64,000 nt of DNA, taken from NCBI GenBank assembly GCA_965279525.1, contig CBDIIB010000004.1:320001-384000 (forward strand), written 5' to 3'. A model generated the notes under the pieces. That model saw only the letters and a list, made by a program, of their open reading frames with translations, ran no database searches and had not been told where the DNA came from. A program made the position numbers and the translations under genes. This document shows, in pieces, positions 49,530 to 60,305 of this stretch (position 1 is the first letter of the stretch; every line of letters starts with the position of its first letter). This stretch comes from Tagaea sp. (GTDB lineage Bacteria; Pseudomonadota; Alphaproteobacteria; CACIAM-22H2).

Positions 49530-50367
49530 CGGCGCGCGCGAGCGCGCAGAATTCCGGGATCGACAGTGTCTCGGCCCGCCGGGTCGGATCGATGCCGGCT
49601 TCGGCGCACAAGGCCCCCGCATCGTGTCCGAGCGACTTCAGCGACTGGCGCAGCATCTTGCGCCGCTTGCCGAAAGCGGCGGCCGTCACACGCTCAAGTG
49701 TAGCGGCGTCGGCAGGTGCCAGTGGCTCCGCACGCGGGCGCAATTCGACAACCGCCGAGACGACCGCCGGCGGCGGGGAGAACGCGCCGGGTGAAATGTC
49801 AAACAGGCGCCTGGCAGTCCAGCGCCACTGCGCGGCGACCGCAAGCCGGCCGTAACCTTCTTCATCCGGTGCCGAGACGATCCGCTCGACGACTTCCTTC
49901 TGCAGCATCACGACGATGCACTCGAACGCATCTGGCCTTGCGAGCCAGCCCAGCAGCATCGGTGTCCCGACATTGTAGGGGAGGTTCGCCACGATCCGTC
50001 GCGGCGGCGTGCCGAGCGATGCGGCGTCGAGTTCGAGGGCGTCGGCCTCGATCGTCTCGAGGCGGCCTGGATACGCCGCGGCGATTTCCGCGAGTGCGGG
50101 CAGGGCGCGCGCATCCCGCTCGATGGCGACGACATGCCGGGCCCCTTCGGCCAGAAGTCCGCGCGTGAGGCCGCCCGGGCCCGGGCCGACTTCGATCGTC
50201 GTGCCTTGCGACAGGTCGCCGGCCGCGCGCGCGATGCGCCGCGTGAGGTTCAGGTCGAAAAGGAAGTGCTGGCCGAGCGACTTGCGCGCGGCAAGGCCGT
50301 GCTTGCGGACGATCTCGGCGAGCGGCGGCAGGCCGTCGGCCGGGCCGGCACTGCCCCCTGGGCTCAC
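49504..50367 (-). CDS. rsmA: 16S rRNA dimethyladenosine transferase
   Basis: [21 protein letters not shown] and RRAETLS motifs. Confidence 0.96.
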   Translation of the reverse strand: MSPGGSAGPADGLPPLAEIVRKHGLAARKSLGQHFLFDLNLTRRIARAAGDLSQGTTIEVGPGPGGLTRGLLAEGARHVVAIERDARALPALAEIAAAYPGRLETIEADALELDAASLGTPPRRIVANLPYNVGTPMLLGWLARPDAFECIVVMLQKEVVERIVSAPDEEGYGRLAVAAQWRWTARRLFDISPGAFSPPPAVVSAVVELRPRAEPLAPADAATLERVTAAAFGKRRKMLRQSLKSLGHDAGALCAEAGIDPTRRAETLSIPEFCALARAVSARRAGA

Positions 50368-51635
50368 GCGCGTATGTCGACGACGGCGACGCGCCGCAGG
50401 TCGCGCAGGTAGCGCCGCGCCGCGTTGTCGAGGCGCTGGCGGATCAGGTTGTCCTCGATGTCCGCGGCCGTCGGCAGATTGGATTGCGGCTCGGTGCGCA
50501 CGCACACCATCGCCATGCCGATGCCGCCGTCCGACAATGTCGGCTCGGTCGTCTCGCCGACCTTGAGCGGCCGGATGCGGTCGCGGGTCGATGCGGCGAG
50601 GTCGCCGATACGCACTTCAGGTACGCGAACCGGTGCCGGAACACGAATTTCCGCGGCAACCCGCTCGAGATCGGCGCAACCCTGAACCGTTTCCCGGATC
50701 GTCTCGGCCAGCGACATGACCGAATCGCGGTCGGCCGGCGTGGCGCCGGCCGGAACCGGCAAGACGATCTGGGCGATGTCGACGCGCGCATCGTCGGGCG
50801 AAGCGGGAGCGAGCACGCGCTTGTCACGCATGCCGTAGAGATAGTAGCCGGACGGCGAGCGGATCGGCTGGGTCATGCGCCCGGATTCGGTCGCCGCCAG
50901 GATGCCTTCCGTCTCGGGATCGAATTGCCCGCGCTGCACCCAGCCGATGTCGCCGCCATCGGTGGCCGACGCGGCCTGGGAGAACTGCTGGGCTGCGACG
51001 GCAAAGGGGATGGCGCCGCTGACGAGCTGCTTCACGAGGTCGTCCACCGTTCGGCGGACATCGTCTTCCTGGTCGGGATTGTCGATGGCGATGAAAATTT
51101 CCGAAAGCAGGTACTCCGCGACCGGTTCGCCCTGCGTATAGCGCGCAAGGGCTTCGTCGACCTCATCGCGGCTCACCTCGATCTGCGAGCGCAGGCGGCC
51201 GGTGACCAGGCGCTGCCAGGCCATCGTCGCCTCGATCTGCCGGTCCATGGCACTGCGCGGAACGCCGGCCCCCCGGAGGATCTGGTCGAGGCCGCCAGCA
51301 GGCAGCTTGTTGGACTGCTCGATGCGCTTGATCGCGGCATCGATCTCGGTTTTCGGGATCGTCAGCCCGAGACGCTTGGACTCCTGGACCTGGATCCGCT
51401 CGTCGATCAGCTGGCGCAGGACCTGTGCCCGCATGCGCTGGCGCACGTCGGGCGAATCGGGGGCCCCGGTCGAAACCAGAGTCAGCGCGATACGGCCGTC
51501 GATGTCGAAATTGGAGACGATATCGTCGTTGACGACGGCGACGATCCGCTGCTCCTGGGCAAGAGCCGGCGAGACGGCAAGCAGGGCGACGGCGGCGCAG
51601 AGCGCGAATCGTCTAAGGTTGACGGTCATTTTCAT
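50364..51635 (-). CDS. surA: SurA-like peptidyl-prolyl isomerase/chaperone
   Basis: Signal peptide, IVAVVND, parvulin motif AQQFSQ..SA..GGDIGW. Confidence 0.88.
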   Translation of the reverse strand: MKMTVNLRRFALCAAVALLAVSPALAQEQRIVAVVNDDIVSNFDIDGRIALTLVSTGAPDSPDVRQRMRAQVLRQLIDERIQVQESKRLGLTIPKTEIDAAIKRIEQSNKLPAGGLDQILRGAGVPRSAMDRQIEATMAWQRLVTGRLRSQIEVSRDEVDEALARYTQGEPVAEYLLSEIFIAIDNPDQEDDVRRTVDDLVKQLVSGAIPFAVAAQQFSQAASATDGGDIGWVQRGQFDPETEGILAATESGRMTQPIRSPSGYYLYGMRDKRVLAPASPDDARVDIAQIVLPVPAGATPADRDSVMSLAETIRETVQGCADLERVAAEIRVPAPVRVPEVRIGDLAASTRDRIRPLKVGETTEPTLSDGGIGMAMVCVRTEPQSNLPTAADIEDNLIRQRLDNAARRYLRDLRRVAVVDIRA

Positions 51636-51645
51636 GGCGGCCCGA

Positions 51646-51674
51646 TATATAGGCGGAACGGGTGGCGGGTGCAA
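51646..51674 (-). promoter_or_regulatory. Putative internal promoter for surA (TTGCAC-17-TATATA; CCTATAT is RpoH-like)
   Basis: 17-bp spacer in the 55-bp lptG-surA gap, about 10 nt before the ATG. Confidence 0.45.
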
Positions 51675-51690
51675 ATCGGGGACATGGCGG

Positions 51691-52785
51691 CTATCCGTCC
51701 TCGAGATGCAGCAGCATGGCGATGCCCAGCATGCTCGAGACGACGGCAGGCGTCCATGCGGCAAGGGCGACCGGGATCGTTGCGCTCTGGCCGAGCGCGC
51801 CGACCAGGCTGGAGGCGAAGAAGAGCACGAACCCGACGGAGACGCCGGATATGACCAGCAGCCCGGTTCCGCCGCGCCGATGCGGCCGCAACGAGAACGT
51901 CGCGGCGATCAGGACCATGGCGGCAAGCAGGATGGGCGTGGCGACAAGCTGATGCCAGTGCAGGCGGTGACGGGTCGCCGTAAAGCCCGCCGCCTCCAGC
52001 ATGCGGATGACGCCCGGCAGTTCCCAGAACGAAATGGTCAGCGGCGAAGCGAAGGAATCCTGGATCTGCTCGGCTGTCATCGCCGTGGGAATCCGGTACG
52101 AAGTCTCGAAGCGGGCCGGACGCTCGGGTGCTGTCAGCCATGCATCCGTCACGAGCCAGTGGCCCGTCTCCAGACGCGCACTTGCCGCATCCACACGGCT
52201 GACAAACCGGTCCTGTCCTTCGAAGTTGAGGATGATGACGTCGAAGAGCTGCATTTCCTGCGAAGCCACCCGGCGCGCGTAGACGACGGAGTTCCCGTTC
52301 GGGTCGACCTGTCGAAGCCAGAAGCCGGTGTTCGAGACCGCGAGTAAGCTGGATCCACCCCCGATCAGTTGGGCTTCCAGACGCTCGAATTGGCCATAGA
52401 GCACCGCACCGGCCGGATTGATGACGGCGACCTTGAAGACCCCGAACAGGGCGGCAAAGCCGATGACCGGCAGCAGGAACTGCCAGACCGAAACGCCGGC
52501 CGCACGCGCGACGGTCAATTCGTGGGAACGGGTCAGACGCCAGAACGTGATCATCGAGGCGAACAGCACGACGAACGGCGCCAGTTCCTCGGCCATGTGC
52601 GGAAGTTTGAGCAGGGCCATGCGCAGGACGATCCCTGTCGACATGCTCGGCCTGCTGGAAGCGCGGCGCAGAAGCTCGATCGCGTCGAACATGTAGACGA
52701 TCGCCAGGAACATCGCGAGGAAGCCGATCATCGCGAACGCGAACTGGCGGCCGATATAGCCAAGGAGGGTCGAGGAAAGCCGCAT
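51691..52785 (-). CDS. lptG: LPS export ABC transporter permease LptG
   Basis: YjgP/YjgQ topology; ELTVARAAGVSVWQ motif. Confidence 0.9.
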   Translation of the reverse strand: MRLSSTLLGYIGRQFAFAMIGFLAMFLAIVYMFDAIELLRRASSRPSMSTGIVLRMALLKLPHMAEELAPFVVLFASMITFWRLTRSHELTVARAAGVSVWQFLLPVIGFAALFGVFKVAVINPAGAVLYGQFERLEAQLIGGGSSLLAVSNTGFWLRQVDPNGNSVVYARRVASQEMQLFDVIILNFEGQDRFVSRVDAASARLETGHWLVTDAWLTAPERPARFETSYRIPTAMTAEQIQDSFASPLTISFWELPGVIRMLEAAGFTATRHRLHWHQLVATPILLAAMVLIAATFSLRPHRRGGTGLLVISGVSVGFVLFFASSLVGALGQSATIPVALAAWTPAVVSSMLGIAMLLHLEDG

Positions 52786-52790
52786 TGCCG

Positions 52791-53921
52791 TCACACCGCC
52801 GCCGGCTGGGGGCCATCGGCGCTGCCGGCACGGCGGCGCAGGCTCGGACTGGTGAGCACCCATGCGGACAACGCGATCAACGCAAGCGGTACCGCGTAGA
52901 GGAACGGAATGGCGGCCGGCGAGCGGGCGGCAAGATTGGGGACCGCGATCGACAGCGCTTCCACGCCAAGCCCGCAGGCGGCGGCGACAAGCAGCCGCCT
53001 GCTGAGGCCGCGTCGGTTGAAATCGCCAGGCAGCAGGCAGGCGAGCCCGACGAGGACCAGTGCAAGCGCATAGAGGGGGGCCGAGAGCCGCGTGTGGCCT
53101 TCCGCAATCAGGCGCGGGGCATACTGGCGGTCGTGGGCCTCCGTCAGGTCGGGCCAGAGAAGCTCGTTGACATAGCGTTCGCCCGGTTCGCGCCACCGGA
53201 ATTCGCGCGCCGTCGACGTCTGGCCGATCTCGACCGAATAGCGGTCGAAATAGAGAAGCGAGAGTTTTCCGGCGGCCCTGTCGACCTGCTGCCGGTTGCC
53301 GTTGAGCAGGATCACGCGCGGACCGTCGTCCGTCATCGCGAGTGTCCCGCGTTCGGCAAGTAGCGTGATCGAGGTCGCCGGATCGCGCGAATCATGGACG
53401 AGAATGCCGCGCAGGTCGCCGTTGCTCTCTCTCGCGCGCACATAGACCGTCAGGCTCGGGCCGATGTTCGTGAACGCGCCTTCCTGCAGGAGAAGGCCCG
53501 AATAATCGGATCGCACGTCGGAGTGCAATTCCTTGAACTTGCTGAACGTCAGCGGAACCAGATAGAGCGACAGCACGTAGCCGATGGCCGTCGCGAATAC
53601 GCCGAGCAGGATGGCCGGACGCGCAAGCTGGCCCGGACCGAATCCGACGGCCCGCATGACGACGAGTTCGCTGTCGACGGTCAGCCGGTTGTAGACGAAC
53701 AGCGTCGACATGAAGAGCGCGATCGGCGTCACGAGCGAAAGGAAGTTCGGCATCAGGAGTGCGGTCAGATAGAAGAACGAACCCAACCCGAGCCCTCGGT
53801 TGACGATCAGTTCGATGAAGCGAAGGGACTGGGTCAGCCAGATCGCAAGGGTCAGCGTGACGAGCACGAACACTGTCGTGACGAGGACCTGGCGCAGGAT
53901 GTAGGCGGTGATTCGATTCAT
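52791..53921 (-). CDS. lptF: LPS export ABC transporter permease LptF
   Basis: WLTQSLRF, DSELVVMRAVG and EG.F motifs; divergent from pepA. Confidence 0.9.
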   Translation of the reverse strand: MNRITAYILRQVLVTTVFVLVTLTLAIWLTQSLRFIELIVNRGLGLGSFFYLTALLMPNFLSLVTPIALFMSTLFVYNRLTVDSELVVMRAVGFGPGQLARPAILLGVFATAIGYVLSLYLVPLTFSKFKELHSDVRSDYSGLLLQEGAFTNIGPSLTVYVRARESNGDLRGILVHDSRDPATSITLLAERGTLAMTDDGPRVILLNGNRQQVDRAAGKLSLLYFDRYSVEIGQTSTAREFRWREPGERYVNELLWPDLTEAHDRQYAPRLIAEGHTRLSAPLYALALVLVGLACLLPGDFNRRGLSRRLLVAAACGLGVEALSIAVPNLAARSPAAIPFLYAVPLALIALSAWVLTSPSLRRRAGSADGPQPAAV

Positions 53922-54082
53922 CGTATCGTCCCAGTATAAGGGAGCCGGCTTTCGGTGCAGCCGATTGATTTTGCAGCGCAATATCGAGAACACATGGGGA
54001 ACGGCGACGGTGCGGACTTTTATTTCGTTAGGTATTCTCTATTGTACCGCTCGCGCGCGTCCGGTGCATGAGGAAAATCGAA

Positions 54083-55585
54083 ATGAAAATCGCGTTCTTG
54101 AAGCCTGAGCCTCCGTCCAGCGGTGCCTATGTCGTCGGCGTTCTCGAAGATCGGAAACTGACACCGGCAGCTGCCGCCCTCGACAAGAAGACGGGCGGTG
54201 TCGTCACCCGCGCGATGGCCTCCACGCGGTTCAAGGGGAAGAAGGACGAGTTCCTCGACATCGTGGCGCCGAAGGGCGTGCCGTTCGGCCGCATCGTGCT
54301 GGCTGGTCTGGGCAAGCTCGACAAGCTCGACAGGTCGGGCGCGGAAGCCGCAGGCGGCAAGCTCGTGGCGCATCTCAATCATGTCGGCGAAGTGCTGGCG
54401 ACGGTCTCGGTCGAGCACATCCCGGGTGCTTCGCTCAATCCCGGCGACATGGCTGCCCATCTGGCTTTCGGCGCCAAGCTTCGCGCCTATCGCTTCGACA
54501 AATACAAGACGCGCGAAAAGGAAGATGCCAAGCCGACACTGAAGGCGCTCAACCTGCTGGTCACCGACGTCGCGGCCGCGCGCAAGGTACACGGCCCTCT
54601 CGACCGCGTGGCCGACGCGATCGCATTCACGCGCGATCTCGTTTCCGAACCGCCGAACGTCCTCTATCCGGAGAGCCTTGCCGAACGCTGCAAGCGCCTG
54701 ACGGCCTTCGGCGTGAAGGTCGAGATCTTCGACGAGAAGCAGCTCGAGAAGATGGGCGCCGGCGCGATCCTCGGTGTCGGCATGGGCTCGTCCCGGCCGA
54801 CGCGGATGGTCGTCATGCAGTACAACGGCGCGCCGAAGGCAAAGGACAAGCGCCCGATCGCGTTCGTCGGCAAGGGCGTCACGTTCGACACCGGCGGCAT
54901 CTCGATCAAGCCGTCGGCCGGCATGGAAGACATGAAGTGGGACATGGCCGGATCGGCCGCGGTGATCGGCGCCATGGAAGCGCTCGCCGCACGCCACGCC
55001 AAGGTCAACGCGATCGGTGCTGTCGGCCTCGTCGAGAACATGCCGTCCGGCAACGCGCAGCGCCCGTCCGACATCGTCAAGTCGATGTCCGGCAAGACGA
55101 TCGAGGTGCTGAACACCGACGCCGAAGGCCGCCTCGTGCTGGCCGACGTGCTCTGGTACGTGCAGGACCGTTTCAAGCCCAAGGCGATGCTCGATCTCGC
55201 CACGCTGACCGGGGCCGTGATCGTGGCGCTCGGCCACGAATATGCGGGCATCATGTCGAACAACGACGAACTCGCGAAGAAGCTGATCGCGGCGGGAACC
55301 GCGAGCGGCGAGAAGGTCTGGCGCCTGCCGCTCGGCGAAGCCTATGACCGCGACATCGACAGCCCCGCCGCCGACGTCAAGAATATCGCCGCCGGGCGCG
55401 GGGCCGGCTCGATCATCGGCGGGCAGTTCCTGCATCGCTTCGTCAACGACGTGCCGTGGGTGCATATCGACATCGCCGGCATGGCCTGGAGCGGCAAGGA
55501 CACGGCCACTTGCCCGAAGGGTGCCACCGCGTTCGGCGTGCGCCTCCTCGACCGGCTCGTCGCGGACAACTACGAGGAAGCGTGA
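54083..55585 (+). CDS. pepA: Leucyl aminopeptidase
   Basis: GKGVTFDTGG, MKWDMAG and NTDAEGRL motifs. Confidence 0.97.
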   Translation: MKIAFLKPEPPSSGAYVVGVLEDRKLTPAAAALDKKTGGVVTRAMASTRFKGKKDEFLDIVAPKGVPFGRIVLAGLGKLDKLDRSGAEAAGGKLVAHLNHVGEVLATVSVEHIPGASLNPGDMAAHLAFGAKLRAYRFDKYKTREKEDAKPTLKALNLLVTDVAAARKVHGPLDRVADAIAFTRDLVSEPPNVLYPESLAERCKRLTAFGVKVEIFDEKQLEKMGAGAILGVGMGSSRPTRMVVMQYNGAPKAKDKRPIAFVGKGVTFDTGGISIKPSAGMEDMKWDMAGSAAVIGAMEALAARHAKVNAIGAVGLVENMPSGNAQRPSDIVKSMSGKTIEVLNTDAEGRLVLADVLWYVQDRFKPKAMLDLATLTGAVIVALGHEYAGIMSNNDELAKKLIAAGTASGEKVWRLPLGEAYDRDIDSPAADVKNIAAGRGAGSIIGGQFLHRFVNDVPWVHIDIAGMAWSGKDTATCPKGATAFGVRLLDRLVADNYEEA

Positions 55586-56043
55586 CGGAAATCCGCTTCT
55601 ACCACTTGCGCAGCTCCACGCTCGAAACGGCACTTCCGAAGATCCTCGAGAAGGCGGTCGGGCAGGGGCATCGCGCGGTGGTGGTCGCCGGAAGCGTGGA
55701 GCGTGCCGCATCGGTCGACGCGACCTTGTGGACCTACGAGGAGCGCTCGTTCCTGCCGCATGCCATGGCGCCGGCCAACGGCAACGACCCGTTCGCGGCC
55801 GACCAGCCGATCTGGATCACGACCCGGGTCGAGAACCCGAACGAAGCGACACTGCTGGTGCTGCTCGACGGCCAGACCGCGGACGATCCCGAGCCGTGGA
55901 AGCTGATCTGCGAGGTTTTCGACGGGAACGACGATGCGGCCGTCGAGGCGGCCCGCAGCCGCTGGAAGGCGCTGAAGGCGCAGGGTCATGCGCTGACTTA
56001 CTGGCGTCAGGGCGACAAGGGCGGATGGGAGAAGGCCGGCTGA
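55582..56043 (+). CDS. holC: DNA polymerase III subunit chi
   Basis: FYHL, LWT...SFLPH and ARSRW motifs. Confidence 0.93.
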   Translation: MTEIRFYHLRSSTLETALPKILEKAVGQGHRAVVVAGSVERAASVDATLWTYEERSFLPHAMAPANGNDPFAADQPIWITTRVENPNEATLLVLLDGQTADDPEPWKLICEVFDGNDDAAVEAARSRWKALKAQGHALTYWRQGDKGGWEKAG

Positions 56044-56129
56044 ATTCCGAGGCTGGTTGCCATACGGCGCGCGCACCGTTATAAGCCGCGCGTCTTCACC
56101 CTTCGCAATTTCATACCAGAGAGTATCCT

Positions 56130-56552
56130 ATGGCCATCGAGCGCACCTTTTCAATCGTCAAGCCGGACGCGACGCGTCGCAACCTCACCGGTGCCGTCAA
56201 CGCGCTGATCGAGAAGTCGGGGCTGCGCATCGTCGCGCAGAAGCGCATCCACATGACCAAGGCGCAGGCCGAGACGTTCTACGGCGTGCACAAGGCGCGC
56301 CCGTTCTTCGGCTCGCTGGTCGAGTTCATGACGTCCGGTCCCGTCGTCGTCCAGGTCCTCGAGGGCGAGAACGCGGTCGCCAAGTATCGCGAAGTCATGG
56401 GTGCTACCAACCCGGCGAACGCCGCACCGGGCACGATCCGCAAGGAATTCGCGGAATCCATCGAAGCGAACTCGGCCCACGGGTCGGACAGCCTCGAGAA
56501 CGCCGCGGTCGAAATCGCGTTCTTCTTCTCGGGTCTCGAAATCGTCGGCTGA
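56130..56552 (+). CDS. ndk: Nucleoside diphosphate kinase
   Basis: [15 protein letters not shown] and NSAHGSDS motifs. Confidence 0.98.
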   Translation: MAIERTFSIVKPDATRRNLTGAVNALIEKSGLRIVAQKRIHMTKAQAETFYGVHKARPFFGSLVEFMTSGPVVVQVLEGENAVAKYREVMGATNPANAAPGTIRKEFAESIEANSAHGSDSLENAAVEIAFFFSGLEIVG

Positions 56553-56573
56553 TCCGGCCTGTCCGGAAAAGCG

Positions 56574-56606
56574 AAGGGCCGCGCCGGAAACCGGCGCGGC
56601 CCTTTT
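56574..56606. terminator. Rho-independent terminator after ndk (possibly bidirectional)
   Basis: AAGGGCCGCGCCGG-AAA-CCGGCGCGGCCCTT stem plus T run, between convergent genes. Confidence 0.8.
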
Positions 56607-56631
56607 CGTTTCGAGCGCCGTGCGCCCGCGA

Positions 56632-56793
56632 TCAGCCGTGTGGAACGAGGAACACGTACATCCCGACGAGGATCAGGATCGTCAGGCCGGAAACCCACTT
56701 GGCAAGCTTGTTGAAGTCCGACCACGTGTCGAGATGCTGGGTCATGTCGTAGTTGAACTCGGGATCGATCTTGTTCTGCGGTGCGCCGGCCAT
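56632..56793 (-). CDS. aa3-type cytochrome c oxidase subunit IV-like small protein (53 aa)
   Basis: Own translation MAGAPQNKIDPEFNYDMTQHLDTWSDFNKLAKWVSGLTILILVGMYVFLVPHG; GGAGG RBS; H..T...F...KW plus one TM. Confidence 0.75.
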   Translation of the reverse strand: MAGAPQNKIDPEFNYDMTQHLDTWSDFNKLAKWVSGLTILILVGMYVFLVPHG

Positions 56794-56841
56794 GGAAACC
56801 TCCGAATTGGACGGTCAGGATAGGCGATCCCGGCCGATTTT

Positions 56842-57492
56842 TCAAACGGCGGGATTGACGATCAGCGCAACGGGGTTGCCGGCATCCGCCACGATGACGC
56901 GGTCGCCTTCGATCCGCGCCCGACCGCTTGCGATCAGCCGGAGGGAAGCGGGATAGAGCCTGTGTTCGGCTGCAAGGACGCGTGCGGCAAGGGCCGCCTC
57001 GTCGTCGCCCGGAAGTACCGGCACGGCCGCCTGGCCGACGATCGGCCCCACATCCATTGTCGTCCGGACGAAATGCACCGTGCAGCCGGCGATGCGCACG
57101 CCTTCCGCCAAGGCCCGCTTGTGCGTGTCGAGTCCGGGAAACGACGGCAGCAGCGAAGGATGGATGTTGATCATCCGGTCGCGCCAGGCATCGACGAAAC
57201 CCGCCGTCAGCAGGCGCATGAAACCGGCAAGGCAGACGAACTCGATGCCGGCCGATCGCAGCGTGGCGTCGAGCGCCTGCTCGAATGGCTCTCGCCCTTT
57301 GAAGGCGCGATGATCGACCGTCGCGGTCGCGATGCCGGCTTCCTCGGCGATCGCAAGTCCGCCGGCACCGGGCACGTTCGACACCACCAGTGCCAGTTCC
57401 GCCGGGAAGTCCGCGGACCGGGCCGCCTCGACAAGGGCGCGCAGGTTGCTGCCGCGGCCCGATATCAGGACGCCGACACGCAGACGCTTCAC
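56842..57492 (-). CDS. purN: Phosphoribosylglycinamide formyltransferase
   Basis: ISGRGSNL, LAGFMRLL and NIHPSLLP motifs. Confidence 0.96.
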   Translation of the reverse strand: MKRLRVGVLISGRGSNLRALVEAARSADFPAELALVVSNVPGAGGLAIAEEAGIATATVDHRAFKGREPFEQALDATLRSAGIEFVCLAGFMRLLTAGFVDAWRDRMINIHPSLLPSFPGLDTHKRALAEGVRIAGCTVHFVRTTMDVGPIVGQAAVPVLPGDDEAALAARVLAAEHRLYPASLRLIASGRARIEGDRVIVADAGNPVALIVNPAV

Positions 57493-57493
57493 G

Positions 57494-58558
57494 CTAGATC
57501 GTCCAGCTGTCGAGATTGTCGACCACACAGCCAGGCGCATCGGCGTTCGGGCGGGCGACAACGCGGCCGATCTCGATGGGCTTTTCGCCGGCCTCGCGCA
57601 GCAGCGCCATCGCGGCGTCCTTCCGTTCGGCCGGCACGATCACGACCATGCCGATGCCGCAGTTGAACACGCGCACCATCTCGGCACGCGCGATCTGCCC
57701 GCCCTTGGCGAGCCACGCGAAGACCGGCGGCAGCTTCCAGGCCTTCGCGTCGATGCGGACCTGGACGGTGTCCGGGATCACGCGCGGCACATTTTCGACC
57801 AGACCGCCGCCGGTGATATGCGCCATTGCCTTGGCGTGTCCCGCCCGCACGAGGGCAAGGCAGCTCTTGACGTAGATCCGGGTGGGGGCGAGCAGTGCTT
57901 CGGCAAGAGACATGTCGGTGGCGAACGGCGCCGGGGCCTGCCACGACAGTTCGGCCGTGTGGACGACGCGACGCACCAGCGAAAAGCCGTTCGAATGCAC
58001 GCCCGACGAAGCAAGGCCGAGCACGACGTCGCCGGCCGCGACCGTCGTTCCGTCGATGCCGGATCCGCGCTCGAGCGCTCCGACTGAGAATCCCGCGAGG
58101 TCATAGTCGCCGGCTGCATACATGCCGGGCATTTCTGCCGTCTCGCCACCGACAAGCGCACATCCGGAAATCCGGCAACCCTCCGCGATGCCCGCGACGA
58201 TAGATTTTGCCGCTGCGACATCGAGTTTCCCGGTGGCGAAATAGTCGAGGAAGAACAGCGGTTCGGCGCCCTGCACGACCAGATCGTTGACGCACATCGC
58301 GACAAGGTCGATGCCGACCGTCTCGTGGCGACCCGATTCGATCGCGATTTTCAGCTTGGTGCCCACGCCATCGGTCGTGGCGACAAGGATCGGGTCCTTG
58401 AAACCGGCGGCCTTGAGGTCGAAAAGCGCGCCGAACCCGCCCAGACCAGCCTCGGAGCCGGGCCGGCGAGTTGACTTGGCCATCGGCTTGATCGCGTCGA
58501 CAAGGGCTTCGCCCGCGTCGATATCCACCCCGGCTTCGGCGTAACGGTTCGTGCTCAT
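57494..58558 (-). CDS. purM: AIR synthase
   Basis: [24 protein letters not shown] and FNCGIG motifs. Confidence 0.97.
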   Translation of the reverse strand: MSTNRYAEAGVDIDAGEALVDAIKPMAKSTRRPGSEAGLGGFGALFDLKAAGFKDPILVATTDGVGTKLKIAIESGRHETVGIDLVAMCVNDLVVQGAEPLFFLDYFATGKLDVAAAKSIVAGIAEGCRISGCALVGGETAEMPGMYAAGDYDLAGFSVGALERGSGIDGTTVAAGDVVLGLASSGVHSNGFSLVRRVVHTAELSWQAPAPFATDMSLAEALLAPTRIYVKSCLALVRAGHAKAMAHITGGGLVENVPRVIPDTVQVRIDAKAWKLPPVFAWLAKGGQIARAEMVRVFNCGIGMVVIVPAERKDAAMALLREAGEKPIEIGRVVARPNADAPGCVVDNLDSWTI

Positions 58559-58641
58559 TGGCGCCCCTTTGCCGGATTGGCTATAACGGTACCCGAGCCC
58601 CCGGCGACGGGCGGAAAATAAAGGATTCGGAACGGTTTGCA

Positions 58642-59760
58642 ATGGCGCTTCGGGCGTTGGTTCTGGGAATTTCGATGGCAGTGGCGACCGGCATGGCCGC
58701 CCTTGCCCAGGTTCCGCCGCCGGTTGCCGTGGACGTGTTCTCCGTGCGCGGGGTCGAGGTCGACCGGAGTGCTGCCACGGCGGCCCAGGCGCGCGAACAG
58801 GCCATCGTGGAAGGCCAGCGGCTTGCCTGGCGGCGGCTTGTCGAGCGGATGGTGCCGGTCGAGGCGCGCGGCACGCTGCCCGGATTGCCGGTCGCCGAGA
58901 TCGCTCCGCTCATCGACAGTTTCGAGGTCGAAACCGAGCGGGGATCGGGAACCCGCTGGATCGGATCTCTCGGCTACCGCTTCCGCTCCAACGACGTACG
59001 CCAACTGTTCCGCAGCCGCAGCGTCGCGTTCGCCGAAACGCCGGCGCGCCGGATTCTCGTCGTTCCCGTCGCGATCCGCGACGGACAGGCACTGCTGTGG
59101 GAGGACGAAAACGCCTGGCGCATCGCCTGGTCGGGACTGCCGGTACCGGTCGGACTGCAGCCCTGGATCCTGCCGCAGGCCGATATCGAGGATGCCGGGC
59201 TGATCGGTGCCGAGCAGGCCGCGCTGCTCGATCGCGCGCGCTTGCGCGCACTCGCCGCACGGTACGGCACGCAGGGCGTGATTGTCGTCAGTGCCGAATC
59301 GGAAGAGGCGGCTGCCGGCGGCTCGACGGTCCGCGTCCAGTTTTCGCGCATCGGCGCGGCGGCTCCAGATGCGGACTGGCCGCAGGCCTTCCGGCTCGCC
59401 GCGGGCGAGACCGCCGAGACGGCTTGGCCGCGCATCGCGCGTGCGGCGGCCGATGCGATCGAGGAGCGCTGGAAGGCGGAGGTCCTGGTCCAGGGCAGCG
59501 ACGTGGCCCAGTTGCGCGCCACCGTTCCGGTCGGCGACCTTGCCGAATGGGTGGCGCTGCGCCGCCGGTTGGCCGAAGTCGCTAGCGTCCGGCGGCTCGA
59601 CATCCTCGTTCTGGGCAAAGGCGGGGCGATCGTCGACATCCAGCATGAAGGCGGCACGGACTCGTTGCGCACCGCACTTGCCCAGCGCGACCTGACTCTC
59701 GAGGAAGCGGACGGCGGCTGGCGGTTGCTGCTTGCCGGGCGTGGCGGACAACGTCCGTGA
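58642..59760 (+). CDS. DUF2066-like exported protein
   Basis: Signal peptide; V.VD...A..AR..A motif; divergent from purM. Confidence 0.7.
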   Translation: MALRALVLGISMAVATGMAALAQVPPPVAVDVFSVRGVEVDRSAATAAQAREQAIVEGQRLAWRRLVERMVPVEARGTLPGLPVAEIAPLIDSFEVETERGSGTRWIGSLGYRFRSNDVRQLFRSRSVAFAETPARRILVVPVAIRDGQALLWEDENAWRIAWSGLPVPVGLQPWILPQADIEDAGLIGAEQAALLDRARLRALAARYGTQGVIVVSAESEEAAAGGSTVRVQFSRIGAAAPDADWPQAFRLAAGETAETAWPRIARAAADAIEERWKAEVLVQGSDVAQLRATVPVGDLAEWVALRRRLAEVASVRRLDILVLGKGGAIVDIQHEGGTDSLRTALAQRDLTLEEADGGWRLLLAGRGGQRP

Positions 59761-60305
59761 TCAATCTGCCGAATCTGCTTTCTTTCGCACGCCTGCTTGC
59801 CGTCCCCGTCGCGGTCTGGCTGATGCTGGGCGCGCAGTTCGAGATCGCGTTCTGGCTGTTCGTCGCGGCAGGAGCCACCGACGCACTCGACGGCTTCCTG
59901 GCGAAACGGTTCGGCTGGGAAACCGAACTCGGCTCGTATCTCGATCCCCTGGCCGACAAGGCGCTGCTCGTGTCGGTTTTCCTCGTGCTCGGCTGGACCG
60001 GCCACATCCCGGCCTGGCTCACGATCATGGTGATCTTCCGCGACCTGCTGATCGTCGGCGGGGCCCTTGTCGTGGTCGCGATCACGGGCAGTTTCAAGTC
60101 GGACCCGATGCGAATCAGCAAGCTCAACACGACGCTGCAGATCCTTCTTGCGGCGGTCGTGCTGGCCGAACTGGGTGTGGGGCTGGATTTCGAGCGCTGG
60201 CGCTGGATCCTCGTCGACGTGACGGCGATAACGACGCTCGCCTCCGGGCTGGCCTATCTGGTGCGCTGGACAAGGCGGCTCGCCGAGGAAGAGGATGCGG
60301 CATGA
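59757..60305 (+). CDS. CDP-alcohol phosphatidyltransferase
   Basis: NLPNLLS..R and DALDGFLAK...G..LDPLADK motifs. Confidence 0.93.
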   Translation: MINLPNLLSFARLLAVPVAVWLMLGAQFEIAFWLFVAAGATDALDGFLAKRFGWETELGSYLDPLADKALLVSVFLVLGWTGHIPAWLTIMVIFRDLLIVGGALVVVAITGSFKSDPMRISKLNTTLQILLAAVVLAELGVGLDFERWRWILVDVTAITTLASGLAYLVRWTRRLAEEEDAA

